The position numbers and the translations under genes were made by a program. A stretch of 64,000 bases of DNA from the IMG/VR virus record IMGVR_UViG_3300042731_007944, positions 40,988 to 104,987 of that record, one strand, 5' to 3'. Positions within the stretch are counted from its first letter, which is position 1; every line of letters starts with the position of its first letter. This document shows, piece by piece, positions 1 to 9,792 of this stretch. This DNA comes from a virus. The notes beneath the pieces were generated by a model. It was not told where the DNA came from, searched no databases, and saw only the letters and a program-made list of their open reading frames with translations.

Positions 1-2334
1 TTCGAGTTGCTCCGCCAACGAAAATCGCGCGGTATCCGATAATGCCAGATCCGGCGCAATGGACAGATCGCCGGTGGCAAAAAACGAGTCGAGGACCCGG
101 TAGAGTTCCCGGACATTGCCCGGCCAATCATAGTCAAACAGCAGCGTCATGACCTCTGCCGGAAGAAATTCTCGCTCTCGCCATTGCGGATGGTGGCGAA
201 TATAGTGCTCAACGAGCAGTGGCAAGTCGTCTTTGCGCTTGCGCAAGGCAGGCAAGCGTATTTGTACGCCCTGGAGCCGATACCAGAGATCCTTCCGGAA
301 AGCCCCGTCTGCTATGTCTCGCATGAGATCCCGGTTGGTGGCCGCAAGAATTCTGAGATCAACCGAAATCACGCGATCCGATCCGACCGGGCGAAATGAC
401 AACGTATCGATTACGCGTAACAATTTTTGTTGCGACTCCAGCGACAAGTTTTCAATTTCATCCAGAAAGAGCGTGCCGCCGTTGGCCTGGATCAAGTACC
501 CATCCCGATGAGACATTGCGCCCGTAAACGCGCCTTTCCGGTGGCCGAAAAACGCGCTTTCAAACAAGTTCGGTGAGATCGCCCCGCAATCCACCTCAAT
601 AAATGCCCTGGCACTCCGAGGACTGCGTTGATGAATTTCACGGGCCACCAATTCTTTGCCCGTTCCGGTTTCGCCAACCAAGACGACCGAAATGTCCGAG
701 GCCGCTGTCTGCGAAATGCGCGAATACACCCGCTGCATTAATGGGTGTTTCCCGATTAATGCGCCGTACCGAAATCGGGTCTGCTGGGCATCTTCAAGTT
801 GCGTTTCCAGCGCCTGCTGTCGCTGTCGTTCTTCTGTGATGTCACGCCCGAAGGCAAAAAACTCACAGACCTTCCCGCTTTTGAGGATGATCGGCGTAAT
901 GGACCACTCGATCCACTTGTTGTCCTGGTGGACAATAAGCGGTGTCTGCTTGTTGATCGCAAGGATCTGACGAAAGATTTTTTCACTCGGGACAAACGCC
1001 CGAAACGAGATCGGAAGATCCGGCCATCGGTTGCGAATCGACGCATTCACTTCTGACAGCACTCCGTTCGGCAGAAACGCACAGAAAAAATTTTTTTCGT
1101 GTTCAAGCATCGCTATATGTCGTTTTGCGTTCAGTTCGGCGTCTTTGCGCAAGAGCCGCTCTTGCGTCCAGGCGTGCTGCAACCGGGCCGCCATCGCATT
1201 AAATGCCCGGCTGAGACGTCCGATCTCCTCAATTCGGGCCGTGTTGATATCTGCCCGGATGGACAACGATCCCCCGTGGTGCGCTTGATCCATCGTCTGA
1301 CACAGTGCTTCGAGAGGCCGGGCCAGGGACCGGCTGATCCGCCAGGAGAGTGCCGCGATGCCAGCCGATCCAAGCACCAGAATGCCGGTCACAACGCCAA
1401 ACAGACGCCACAGCACGATCCGTTCTTCATCCCGTGGCTGGATCAGCAGAAACGCCCCACCAGCAAACCCAACCTTGCTGAGATACGCCGCCCGCGTTGT
1501 GCGTATGTTCGGGGCCGTAGGAATCGCTGAAAGATCAACGTCAAGAGGGGCGTCAAGGGAACTCAGTCGTCGTATTCCGTCGATCATTAATGTGACATGG
1601 ACATCGCCCATTCGCCGGAACCGGTGCATGTCGAGATCGCTCACGGTCCGCAGTTCCCGCACGATCCCGAACCGCTCATGATTATACGTAATTGGCAGGC
1701 AATACTCGAAAAAGATGCCATCCGGGAAGGAGACGATTTCAAACCGGCCGTCTGTTGGAATCTCATCATCAAAGATGGTCGGCACGCTGGCAGGCGTCGG
1801 GATCGCGCGGATGTCTGTTTCTTGCTCGACGTATACATACCAGCGATCCTCCGGATGCATCTGTGTAAAGACTCCACCCTCGATAAAGGGTAAATAGACG
1901 CCGCCCGACAGGATATCCGGATCGTCAGGATCGCGCTGAGCCATTCCGACCAGTACGCCCTCTCGATCATACACGGCGGCGTTTTGCGCCCCGACGAGGC
2001 GAAAATAATTCACCAATTCCAGCGCAAAGAAATAATAATACGACTTCGTCCGATCAAAGCGCTCCATCGGGAGGAGGTCTTCGCTTTGCAACCACAGATC
2101 AAGCATATAGAGCCGATTCCGAATCGCTGGCTCAGCCTGCTTCATCTGATTGAGATAGATGATTTGCATGAGCCGCAAATCATCGTGAATGATGGCCGCC
2201 GCGCGTTCCACATGCTGTTGAAAATCATGCCGTACCTGCCAGAGGAAAACGGCATAATAGCCGGCCGCAACGATCAGGCATCCGACGAGCGTAAATTGAA
2301 AAAAGGAAAGAAAAAACCGTTTGCGTAAGGTCAT
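1..2334 (-). CDS. Host membrane-anchored sigma-54-dependent transcriptional activator (sensor + HAMP + PAS + AAA+), 3' end outside window
   Basis: Manual translation from ATG 2334: N-terminal TM, HAMP-like EEIGRLSRAFNAMA, Walker A GETGTGKEL, GAFTGA, WPGNVREL. Confidence 0.9.
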   Translation of the reverse strand, partial: MTLRKRFFLSFFQFTLVGCLIVAAGYYAVFLWQVRHDFQQHVERAAAIIHDDLRLMQIIYLNQMKQAEPAIRNRLYMLDLWLQSEDLLPMERFDRTKSYYYFFALELVNYFRLVGAQNAAVYDREGVLVGMAQRDPDDPDILSGGVYLPFIEGGVFTQMHPEDRWYVYVEQETDIRAIPTPASVPTIFDDEIPTDGRFEIVSFPDGIFFEYCLPITYNHERFGIVRELRTVSDLDMHRFRRMGDVHVTLMIDGIRRLSSLDAPLDVDLSAIPTAPNIRTTRAAYLSKVGFAGGAFLLIQPRDEERIVLWRLFGVVTGILVLGSAGIAALSWRISRSLARPLEALCQTMDQAHHGGSLSIRADINTARIEEIGRLSRAFNAMAARLQHAWTQERLLRKDAELNAKRHIAMLEHEKNFFCAFLPNGVLSEVNASIRNRWPDLPISFRAFVPSEKIFRQILAINKQTPLIVHQDNKWIEWSITPIILKSGKVCEFFAFGRDITEERQRQQALETQLEDAQQTRFRYGALIGKHPLMQRVYSRISQTAASDISVVLVGETGTGKELVAREIHQRSPRSARAFIEVDCGAISPNLFESAFFGHRKGAFTGAMSHRDGYLIQANGGTLFLDEIENLSLESQQKLLRVIDTLSFRPVGSDRVISVDLRILAATNRDLMRDIADGAFRKDLWYRLQGVQIRLPALRKRKDDLPLLVEHYIRHHPQWREREFLPAEVMTLLFDYDWPGNVRELYRVLDSFFATGDLSIAPDLALSDTARFSLAEQLE

Positions 2335-2507
2335 TAGAGAAACGGGGCGTCGAGCGAGTGCAAACAGGCAACCCGGCTGACTCGACACGAGTCCCGTGGC
2401 TTTCCGTCCCATCCTCGCGGATGGTTTGGCATTTTTCTGTGTTCAGTAGGTACTCTATACGATAGTGCGTGGGGAGAAAAATGTCAAATCGGTCTAGCAA
2501 AAAAAAT

Positions 2508-2889
2508 GTCCACACCGATCCGAATCTGTGGACGGCGTGGACGCGACTAGCCAGCCGTGGACATCAGATCCCGGATGAATAAACCAGCATACATTTTCTG
2601 CTGGCGTTCTGTGGACAAGGGGCGTTCGGCTTCCAGGACTTTCCGGAAGGTGCTACGATCCATTCCGCACCATTCTGCGATCTGGGCATCGGCCAGTGTC
2701 GGGGTTGCTCGCTTCAAGGCTGCGATCTTGTGTCGCACCAGATCGAGTGTCACATCTTCTGGTCTTTGGATCTCAAAGGCAAACACCTTTCGTTCATCCG
2801 AGAGGCCATCAAACAGATCGTCTGCGTCCGTGTGGACGCCCGTGGACGCCGGTATCTGGGGCGTGGACGCTGCTTGTCCACGTGTGGAC
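2508..2889 (+). repeat. Cluster of GTGGAC repeats (8 direct, 2 inverted; consensus CGTGGACGC)
   Basis: GTGGAC at 2528, 2537, 2557, 2611, 2832, 2842, 2863, 2884; GTCCAC at 2508, 2876. Confidence 0.85.
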
Positions 2890-4157
2890 GCCTCCACCAC
2901 AAGCCGCATATCGTCATCTTTGACTTCAGGTATTTTTGCCAGAATCGGATCATCACACACTGGCCAAAACAACACATCACCTGGCTCTTTGACAGACGTT
3001 TTCAACAGGCGGATGGCGTCCTTGTCTTGCAACAAGAGGTTCGCCTGTTTTGGTTTGATCCGATGGATATAGGCGCTCGTCAGAGTATCACGAACGGTTG
3101 AGTCGCCGCCGGTACGTGAGGCCAGCCACGTCTGTGAGGACGCGAGCATGTAGACCTGACACTTCCGGCCTTCCGTGCTAATCCGTTCCATCGTATACGC
3201 GATGTGTGATCCCATTGTCGTTTTTGACAGAAACGCGAGTTCATCAATCACTAGAACGACTGGTGTCGTGTCCAGATCGATTTGTTTCAAACGGTTGTTT
3301 ATGATCGTTTCCACGGCGGTCAACATAGTGGTCATATCATCCTTATACGTCGCCATCTGCATCAATCCGGCTTCCCAGAGCGGTTTTGTTTTGAACCCGA
3401 GTGAATTCGGGTGCGGATAATGCGGATCGATGCCGTAGAACCGGACGCCTTCCGTTATAATCCCGCTGCCAAGCAAAAAGAGCATGGTAGAGGTTTTCCC
3501 GCTGCCGGATTCCCCGGCAATGGCGGCGGAATAAATATTGAGAAACGATCCACGACGTGGCTCGCCGTGCTCAAATCCGAGAATCATGGGTTCATCCGGG
3601 GCGATCTCGCCTCGCCGTAAGAGATGGGCAAACGTTGGCACACGTTTTGGCCCGGTGAGCATCGCCGGTGCAGCCTGTTCGATCTGTTTCAGTCCGGCTT
3701 TATTGGCGGTTCCGGCAATCTCTTTGTAAATTTTGACTGCGGCTTCAGCCCCCTGTAACGTCCCTTCATTGACCGTCCGTGTTTGTTCAGCCGCCATCAA
3801 CCCCATTGAGAGCGGTACGGCGATGCCGAGATCTTTTTTACGCACAGGGATTTCTTTATGTTCGCCAAGTTTGATGGTGTGGACAGAGGCTTTTTCTCGC
3901 TCACACAATCCGCGATTAAGGATATAATACGATCCTAAAAGCAACAGCATAAGTGGTCCTATAATAGCAATCGAGCGTAAGACCGCATTCAGCACATGGG
4001 TGTTGTCAACCTTTTCTTGCGCTTCTGCGATCAAAATTTCCGGGTGCGCGTCATAGAGGCGATAATTTTTCCACACGCTAAAGACGGTATTGGCTCCGAA
4101 GGCGAGCGCGATAGCAATAAATAATCCGATGATCACGCTAATTTGTTGTTTTTTCAT
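2547..4157 (-). CDS. FtsK/HerA-superfamily (TraB-like) membrane ATPase with C-terminal HTH
   Basis: Two N-terminal TM segments, Walker A GESGSGKT, Walker B VLVIDE, EGRK...ASSQ, C-terminal HTH-like LADAQIAEWCGMDRSTFRKV. Confidence 0.75.
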   Translation of the reverse strand: MKKQQISVIIGLFIAIALAFGANTVFSVWKNYRLYDAHPEILIAEAQEKVDNTHVLNAVLRSIAIIGPLMLLLLGSYYILNRGLCEREKASVHTIKLGEHKEIPVRKKDLGIAVPLSMGLMAAEQTRTVNEGTLQGAEAAVKIYKEIAGTANKAGLKQIEQAAPAMLTGPKRVPTFAHLLRRGEIAPDEPMILGFEHGEPRRGSFLNIYSAAIAGESGSGKTSTMLFLLGSGIITEGVRFYGIDPHYPHPNSLGFKTKPLWEAGLMQMATYKDDMTTMLTAVETIINNRLKQIDLDTTPVVLVIDELAFLSKTTMGSHIAYTMERISTEGRKCQVYMLASSQTWLASRTGGDSTVRDTLTSAYIHRIKPKQANLLLQDKDAIRLLKTSVKEPGDVLFWPVCDDPILAKIPEVKDDDMRLVVEASTRGQAASTPQIPASTGVHTDADDLFDGLSDERKVFAFEIQRPEDVTLDLVRHKIAALKRATPTLADAQIAEWCGMDRSTFRKVLEAERPLSTERQQKMYAGLFIRDLMSTAG

Positions 4158-4863
4158 CCCGATTGATTCTCCAGAATATGACAATTCCGATAATGGCGAG
4201 ACCAAAGGCGATCACGCCCTGAACGACATCACGCAAGATTCGTTGATCGCGTTGCTGTTTGGCTAGCGTGAGATTCACAGGCGCTTTTTTCGTGGGGAGA
4301 ACAGATGTCGCCTGTTCCGGCGTCGGTGTCGGATCAATCGTGCGTATCTCTGGCAGGGGAACCTGGATCGCGGCGACCTGCGCCACAGGCTCAGGGGTAA
4401 CGACTTCCGGCGTTTCCACCACCACATCAGCAACCGGTGCTAGTTCTGACCGTGACACGGACGTCTGGATTGGCGGGGTCTGCCATGTAGAGAGCATGGC
4501 GGCATAATACGGATCGCCCATCCGTGACTGCTGGCGAGGATAAAAATATTGGACCGTCCGGCGCTGTGGCAACGGCAGATACTGCGCGCCATTCCACTTC
4601 CCATAACTGCGATAGATCGGCTGTGTCTCTGTATAGGCAGAGACCTGTTGCGCCTGCTGTTGAAACTCTGGGTGATCGTCCATGTTCCATTCGGCATGGC
4701 CGGTTACGGTCAGGGTTTTTTGGGCTTCGAGTTGCGCCGCATATTGCAGCAGCGCCCATTCGTCATCGGTAAAATCATCCCGGCTGACGACGCCGTCATT
4801 ATAGGCGAACGCCGGGCTTACAATAAACAATAGACTGACAAGTAGACTGACAAATACTTTCAT
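4138..4863 (-). CDS. Exported protein with C-terminal membrane anchor
   Basis: Signal peptide ending AFA, Pro/Thr-rich linker, C-terminal TM. Confidence 0.7.
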   Translation of the reverse strand: MKVFVSLLVSLLFIVSPAFAYNDGVVSRDDFTDDEWALLQYAAQLEAQKTLTVTGHAEWNMDDHPEFQQQAQQVSAYTETQPIYRSYGKWNGAQYLPLPQRRTVQYFYPRQQSRMGDPYYAAMLSTWQTPPIQTSVSRSELAPVADVVVETPEVVTPEPVAQVAAIQVPLPEIRTIDPTPTPEQATSVLPTKKAPVNLTLAKQQRDQRILRDVVQGVIAFGLAIIGIVIFWRINRDEKTTN

Positions 4864-4921
4864 GATGTTCCTCCCTATGTTGATTGGTTTGTTCTACGTT
4901 CCAATTTTGCTTCCCGCTTTG

Positions 4922-5119
4922 TCAAGCGATTTTTCCGTTTCGCCCAGAGACCGGGCAAAGCGTTATTTGTGAAAATTTTCTCGTTTTCTGATGGCAGCTA
5001 AACAGATACCGGGCATAGGTGTCTTGCGAGACGATCCTATCTGCCGTCTTCTTGTATTGCCGGTACTGCTGTTGAATGGCGCGGTGGTGCGCCTGTTCCC
5101 AGGTCTCAAACGTTGTCAT
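4922..5119 (-). CDS. Hypothetical protein
   Basis: Short ORF in an overlapping gene chain. Confidence 0.5.
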   Translation of the reverse strand: MTTFETWEQAHHRAIQQQYRQYKKTADRIVSQDTYARYLFSCHQKTRKFSQITLCPVSGRNGKIA

Positions 5120-5303
5120 CTGTCACCTCGCGTTTCTGTTCTTTCGCCCATTCTTTCTGAAACGCTTGCCACATGCGTTGTTCAAGCTCTTTAAACTTCT
5201 CATAGCAGGCGTCACAAACGACGCCATAGTTTCCCGGTCTGTCTTCCAGTTCTTTCCCTTCGCCGTCTTTCAGGTCTTGCAAACAATGACCACAGGTGTT
5301 CAT
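5106..5303 (-). CDS. Small Zn-finger protein
   Basis: CGHC...CDAC; ATGA coupling. Confidence 0.6.
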   Translation of the reverse strand: MNTCGHCLQDLKDGEGKELEDRPGNYGVVCDACYEKFKELEQRMWQAFQKEWAKEQKREVTDDNV

Positions 5304-5497
5304 TCTGCACCACCTCCATAAATGCGTTCCGGCGTCTCTGGATAGTCCGGCCCGTTCTCGCGCCGGAATTCGTCGATCACTACACCATCTTTCTTCAGTA
5401 CCACCTTGACGCAGGTCGGTTCGCGTTTTGTCAGCGCGAAATACGTCAATGCCTTCATTTCAGAATCAAATTGCTGAATTTCCTCAATGGTGTACAT
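5300..5497 (-). CDS. Hypothetical protein
   Basis: Coupled to neighbouring ORFs. Confidence 0.55.
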   Translation of the reverse strand: MYTIEEIQQFDSEMKALTYFALTKREPTCVKVVLKKDGVVIDEFRRENGPDYPETPERIYGGGAE

Positions 5498-5499
5498 CG

Positions 5500-6276
5500 C
5501 TATTGTTCCACTACTTGAAAGGTTATGTCAGGACGCTGCCCGATCTGTTTTTCGAGTTCATCCTGAATGATTGTCGTATAATAGTCTTGCAACCAGTAAA
5601 CAAAGTCTTCAGAAGGAACCCCTATCACAACACCTCTTCCGTTCTGCTCCAGCAGGCGTGTAGGCCGCAACCATGTGTCAAACGATGGACGGTTGATCGT
5701 TTTTTGAAGAGAAATTAAAATGGTGTCCCATAAATTATACTTCTTACAACCTTGCTTCTTATTCTTGTTAGTATTCAGATTTTCTGAATGTAGATTTTCT
5801 GAACGGCTACCCCCTTCTTTCAGATTTTCTGAACGTAGGTCAATCGCCTGTTTTTCTAGTACGTTCAGATTTTCTGAATGTAGCTTTAGATATCCACCTC
5901 GATAGAATTTCCGTTTGTCCGTCCCTTGGTGCTTTTTTCCAAGAGGAATAGACGTAGGGTCTTCGGGAGATGGATTGTGCTCTGGTGTCGCATACACATA
6001 ATAACACCACTCGCTAATTTGATCTGAAACCCTTTTCGGTTGATATGTCGCATATCCGAAATGTCGTAATTCTTTTAAGGCGCTATAGACGACTGTTTTT
6101 CCATCCACAGATCTCGAGACAAGATCCGTGACGTTCATTTCCCATCCGGCGGCTTGCGCTAGAACATATGACAAGATTCCTTTTGCGGCCCAGGAGAGTC
6201 TTGAGTCATGATCAAGGGCGGTTTTGTCAAAGAGCGCAAAATTCTTTTCGTAATGAGCATTTTTGATTGTCGGCAT
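5500..6276 (-). CDS. Replication initiator (HTH N-terminus, DnaA N-terminal-like C-terminus)
   Basis: LSWAAKGILSYVL...ALKELRHFGY initiator-type motif; C-terminal LWDTILISLQKTINRPSFDTWLRPT...VIGVPSEDFVYWLQDYY resembles DnaA domain I; internal iterons. Confidence 0.8.
   Translation of the reverse strand: MPTIKNAHYEKNFALFDKTALDHDSRLSWAAKGILSYVLAQAAGWEMNVTDLVSRSVDGKTVVYSALKELRHFGYATYQPKRVSDQISEWCYYVYATPEHNPSPEDPTSIPLGKKHQGTDKRKFYRGGYLKLHSENLNVLEKQAIDLRSENLKEGGSRSENLHSENLNTNKNKKQGCKKYNLWDTILISLQKTINRPSFDTWLRPTRLLEQNGRGVVIGVPSEDFVYWLQDYYTTIIQDELEKQIGQRPDITFQVVEQ
5774..5878. repeat. Iteron-like palindromic repeats TTCAGA-TTT-TCTGAA inside rep (putative origin)
   Basis: Copies at 5774, 5791 (partial), 5819, 5864. 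Confidence 0.75.
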
Positions 6277-6414
6277 CTTTTCTGCTTGACAAAACGAGGG
6301 GGAGGCAGGATGATACTCACATACACAAGGGGTAAGCCTACCCTGGGGGCTTCTGTTTATCGACGTAATGGCGGGCAAACCATAGCAGATATTCAGAGGC
6401 CCTCTCTCTTTTGT

Positions 6415-6609
6415 CTACTCTTCTATTTTCTCTGTATTGTCAACTGTCTGCTGCTGAATAAATCGCTCGATCTCCTCTTGCGTAAACCGATAATCCCGGC
6501 CCAAATTGATCGCTTTCAGGCGACCATCCTTCACCATTTGATAGACCGTGGACTTTTTTATTTTGAATAAATCAGCGACTTCTTGCACTGTATAAAAATG
6601 TTCCGGCAT
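6415..6609 (-). CDS. Excisionase-like HTH DNA-binding protein
   Basis: YTVQEVADLFKIKKSTVYQMVKDGRLKA...YRF. Confidence 0.85.
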   Translation of the reverse strand: MPEHFYTVQEVADLFKIKKSTVYQMVKDGRLKAINLGRDYRFTQEEIERFIQQQTVDNTEKIEE

Positions 6610-6718
6610 AATATTTCACTTTCGTTGAGTTTTGTCAAGTTTCTTTTTGTTACGTTGTGAAAAATCCTGTTATCACCAGGACTATTCAGAGTAAAACAGA
6701 TACGATACCTTTTGTCAA

Positions 6719-7426
6719 TTAATTTTGCTCGCTATTTTCCTGCTCGCTATCTTCCGGGCGTTCTGGCGATGGCAACAACAGCGCTTTCAATTCGTCAAGT
6801 AATGCCTTCCGGCGCTTACCCTGCAAGAATCCTTGGTGATGTTCGAGGTCCGCGATGAGGCGTGTCACGTCGCGCTGTTGGTGGACTGCTTCGATCTCTT
6901 GACGTATCGCTTCTCGTTGCCGAGCTTCATACTCCTTGCGAATATCGTCCGGGCTTTTCCCATCAGGCAACATCTTTATTTCGCCTTCCAGGGCCTCATT
7001 TCTCCTAATCAAATCGTAAATCTCTTTCTCTTTCTCCTGGAGATCCTTGAGGTGTTGGTCTTTTAATTGCGATATTTTTTCATGCAGATCGAAAAGCTGC
7101 TGGATATAGTGTGGAGTTTGAAGGTTGTTTGAAAGTGTTTGTGGTGGCGTGTCTTGCGCTGTTGGTGTTGGCGGCGGCTGCGGGAATTGATCCGGAAATG
7201 CCTGCTCTAGCCTGAGCCGAATTTCCGGCATGGATAAGCCCTGTTCTTTCATCTGTTTAATGCGGTCAAAAATTGGGAAGACCGCTTCGTCGAGCAGGAT
7301 CTTATTCTTATTGCCGTGTTTGGTGTGCTGTTTGAACAAGCCAGGGAACTGTTTGAGGCATTCCCGGAGAAACTGATATTTCAAGCCGGTTAAAGACTCC
7401 AGATCTTTTATGGAATACATGGGCAT
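6719..7426 (-). CDS. MerR-like HTH plus coiled-coil protein
   Basis: YSIKDLESLTGL N-terminus, Pro linker, long coiled coil; AAGGAGG RBS. Confidence 0.65.
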   Translation of the reverse strand: MPMYSIKDLESLTGLKYQFLRECLKQFPGLFKQHTKHGNKNKILLDEAVFPIFDRIKQMKEQGLSMPEIRLRLEQAFPDQFPQPPPTPTAQDTPPQTLSNNLQTPHYIQQLFDLHEKISQLKDQHLKDLQEKEKEIYDLIRRNEALEGEIKMLPDGKSPDDIRKEYEARQREAIRQEIEAVHQQRDVTRLIADLEHHQGFLQGKRRKALLDELKALLLPSPERPEDSEQENSEQN

Positions 7427-7731
7427 CCCCTCCTTATGAAACTGTCTAAAAACACGGTACGATTTTTCTGCCATCCCGTCAAGCGATTTTTCTTCAGGGA
7501 AATGAAATGCGATCTTTTTTCGCACGAAGGTTCATTTTTTCTGCTTGCTGTCTGTTTTACGTTCTAACTCGTTGAAAACTCTGCGTTAGGAGAAAAACTA
7601 GAGAAAAACTCTGTTTTTAGCGATTTTTTGATTGACAAAGGGTTTCCGTCTATGGTTTGGTGTTTCAGAATGATGCGTGTTTGATGCTATTCAATATCTT
7701 TTTAGCAACTATAGTTTTACAAGGAGATGTT

Positions 7732-8829
7732 ATGGAAGTTATTCTTGCATGTGATACAGGGACATCAGAAGATAAAGGGGCCATCATGCCCCTCGGATCA
7801 GACTTTCATCCGAAACGGATTATCTCACATTCCTTCCCTACGTTGGGAAAAATTGGGGAATTTACCGCGCTACCAGGGGATCACTTAGGCGTCTTGCGAG
7901 AGCCACATCCCTATCAAGGCGTCTACAAGGCCCGCGCCCGTGAATTTGGAGCGCGTCTGCATCGAAATTCAAACATCTATAATGATCCCGTCTATCTGCT
8001 CTATGTCTTTGGCATGGTGGCTGATCTGCTGGAAAAAGCCCATATTACAGAGAAGCAAATAGACGTGATGTTTGCGGGCTTTGGGTTCCCGGTCTCACAT
8101 AAAGAAGGACAGGCCGGGCAACTCAGATCCACGTTGCTGCATCGCGGAAAACCGTGGACAGTACAAAAACAAGACGGACGGGCCTATTCTGTCACGTTCC
8201 ACAATGTTGTGTGTGAGACGCAACCGTATTATATGGTCGTTGACCAGATTTTCACCTGGCAGCCGAACGGGACGCTGTCGGCTGAGCGTGGCAAACAGAT
8301 TTTTGCCAACGGGCCGCTATTATTCGGGGATCTTGGGTCAAACTCGAATGATTGGGAATGGGTTCCGTTGTCGCTCGCAAACTCCGAGAACGCCTGTTCG
8401 ATGGGCGGGACGTTCAATTTTTTTCCGAAACTGGCAAAGTTGGCCTATGAAAAAACCCATCAGGATTTAACAGAGTACGATCTCATGTATCAGGTGTTTC
8501 GGAAACGCCAAATCACCTTAAACGGTGTGACGTATGACTTTTCTCAGGAAATCCCGTTGCTCTATCAAGAGGCCGTCAAAGAGTTGGAGGGCGATATTGA
8601 TCTGTTTTTGCGAACCCTGAAAGAAAAGCCTCAGCCTTATGCGATGCGATTAGGCGGGGGTGGTGTCATTAATGGGGAATCGTATTTTCGACAGATCTTT
8701 TCCTCAAAATTCCCTGGCGGAGTGCAGATTGTTGAAGATGACCACGGGAAACCGGCCCCGGTCTGGTCTATCGTGCGTGGAATGGTGAAGAAAAGCGTCA
8801 TTGAGGCGCAAAAGGCAGAGGTACTATAG
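7732..8829 (+). CDS. ParM/StbA-family actin-like partition ATPase
   Basis: Actin-fold motifs ACDTGTS, GDLGSNS, LGGGG; AAGGAG RBS. Confidence 0.8.
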   Translation: MEVILACDTGTSEDKGAIMPLGSDFHPKRIISHSFPTLGKIGEFTALPGDHLGVLREPHPYQGVYKARAREFGARLHRNSNIYNDPVYLLYVFGMVADLLEKAHITEKQIDVMFAGFGFPVSHKEGQAGQLRSTLLHRGKPWTVQKQDGRAYSVTFHNVVCETQPYYMVVDQIFTWQPNGTLSAERGKQIFANGPLLFGDLGSNSNDWEWVPLSLANSENACSMGGTFNFFPKLAKLAYEKTHQDLTEYDLMYQVFRKRQITLNGVTYDFSQEIPLLYQEAVKELEGDIDLFLRTLKEKPQPYAMRLGGGGVINGESYFRQIFSSKFPGGVQIVEDDHGKPAPVWSIVRGMVKKSVIEAQKAEVL

Positions 8830-8830
8830 A

Positions 8831-9145
8831 ATGTCGAAAAAACCACTCACTGAAACAGGTCGGATACAGTTTGATCTCCAACCGCACCGACCTGATGATT
8901 ATGCTCGGCTGAAATATTTAGAACACCTCCGGCAAAAAGGGAAATTTGCCGATGGGATGCGGGAACTCATTGATTATAAGATGACACGTTCAACGACTGA
9001 GCAGCGGTTTGACGAGATTAAACGAATGCTTGAGATGGTGTATGAACGAATTTCGTCAGGAACCATAACGTTTACGCCACAGGAACGACAGCAACTCAAA
9101 AAGACGGTTGTCGATCTTGAGGATACGGTCACATTTGGAGTATGA
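8831..9145 (+). CDS. Putative ParR-like adaptor
   Basis: Small basic protein directly after the ParM-like gene. Confidence 0.55.
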   Translation: MSKKPLTETGRIQFDLQPHRPDDYARLKYLEHLRQKGKFADGMRELIDYKMTRSTTEQRFDEIKRMLEMVYERISSGTITFTPQERQQLKKTVVDLEDTVTFGV

Positions 9146-9148
9146 ACC

Positions 9149-9385
9149 ATGACACTGAACGAAAAAGAACTGAACGCCGTGCTAGCCTCAGCTTTGAAAG
9201 ATGCAAAAACGAATCAGATAACCTGGGGGCAAATTCGCACAAAGGTGTATCAACAAGTTGGACAACTCGCCCGGAAATACTATCAAATCGGGATAACGGA
9301 TTCTGAAGGCATGCACACGATAGCGCTGTTTTTCGCCCTGAACTATCAGGTAGACATGTACGAATTCATGCGCTACCTTGCATAA
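9149..9385 (+). CDS. Hypothetical protein
   Basis: Co-oriented ORF in the par operon. Confidence 0.55.
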   Translation: MTLNEKELNAVLASALKDAKTNQITWGQIRTKVYQQVGQLARKYYQIGITDSEGMHTIALFFALNYQVDMYEFMRYLA

Positions 9386-9516
9386 ACCGAGGGAAACATC
9401 ATGACATTCTCAACAGATAGCGATATCCTGCTCTCTGCGATCATACAAGAACATCGACTTCTCGCAGAACGGGATGAGCTAGAACAGGCGATGCCAAGCG
9501 ATTTTGAGGTGACGCC

Positions 9517-9792
9517 ATGACCGCTTTCGATCTCTACTGTGAATTGCGACAGCATGACATGAGGGCGCTCTATCATGGAAAGCCCTGTCAAGTGCTGACA
9601 ATGCAATACGAAACACCGAATGAGTTGGGCATCAGCCAAGAGATGCATGACGCTTTACCGGAAGGCCGTACCACGACACTCAGGGTGCGCTATTTCAACG
9701 AATTTTTGCAGGAAGATGACGAGGCGTTGCTGTTTCTGGATGAGTTTGTGAACTGCTCCCGGACATCAATGCCCGGGCATCTATGCCGCTGA
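9517..9792 (+). CDS. Hypothetical protein, 3' end altered by IS insertion at 9747/9748
   Basis: Removing the IS restores ...LDEFINPL*. Confidence 0.6.
   Translation: MTAFDLYCELRQHDMRALYHGKPCQVLTMQYETPNELGISQEMHDALPEGRTTTLRVRYFNEFLQEDDEALLFLDEFVNCSRTSMPGHLCR

Noticed and set aside
184-2328. Many short ORFs in the ORF track
   Set aside because: Shadows of the long minus-strand activator gene, which the track omits because its stop is outside the window
2335-2546. attL core sequence
   Set aside because: No second copy found in the window, so the boundary cannot be fixed
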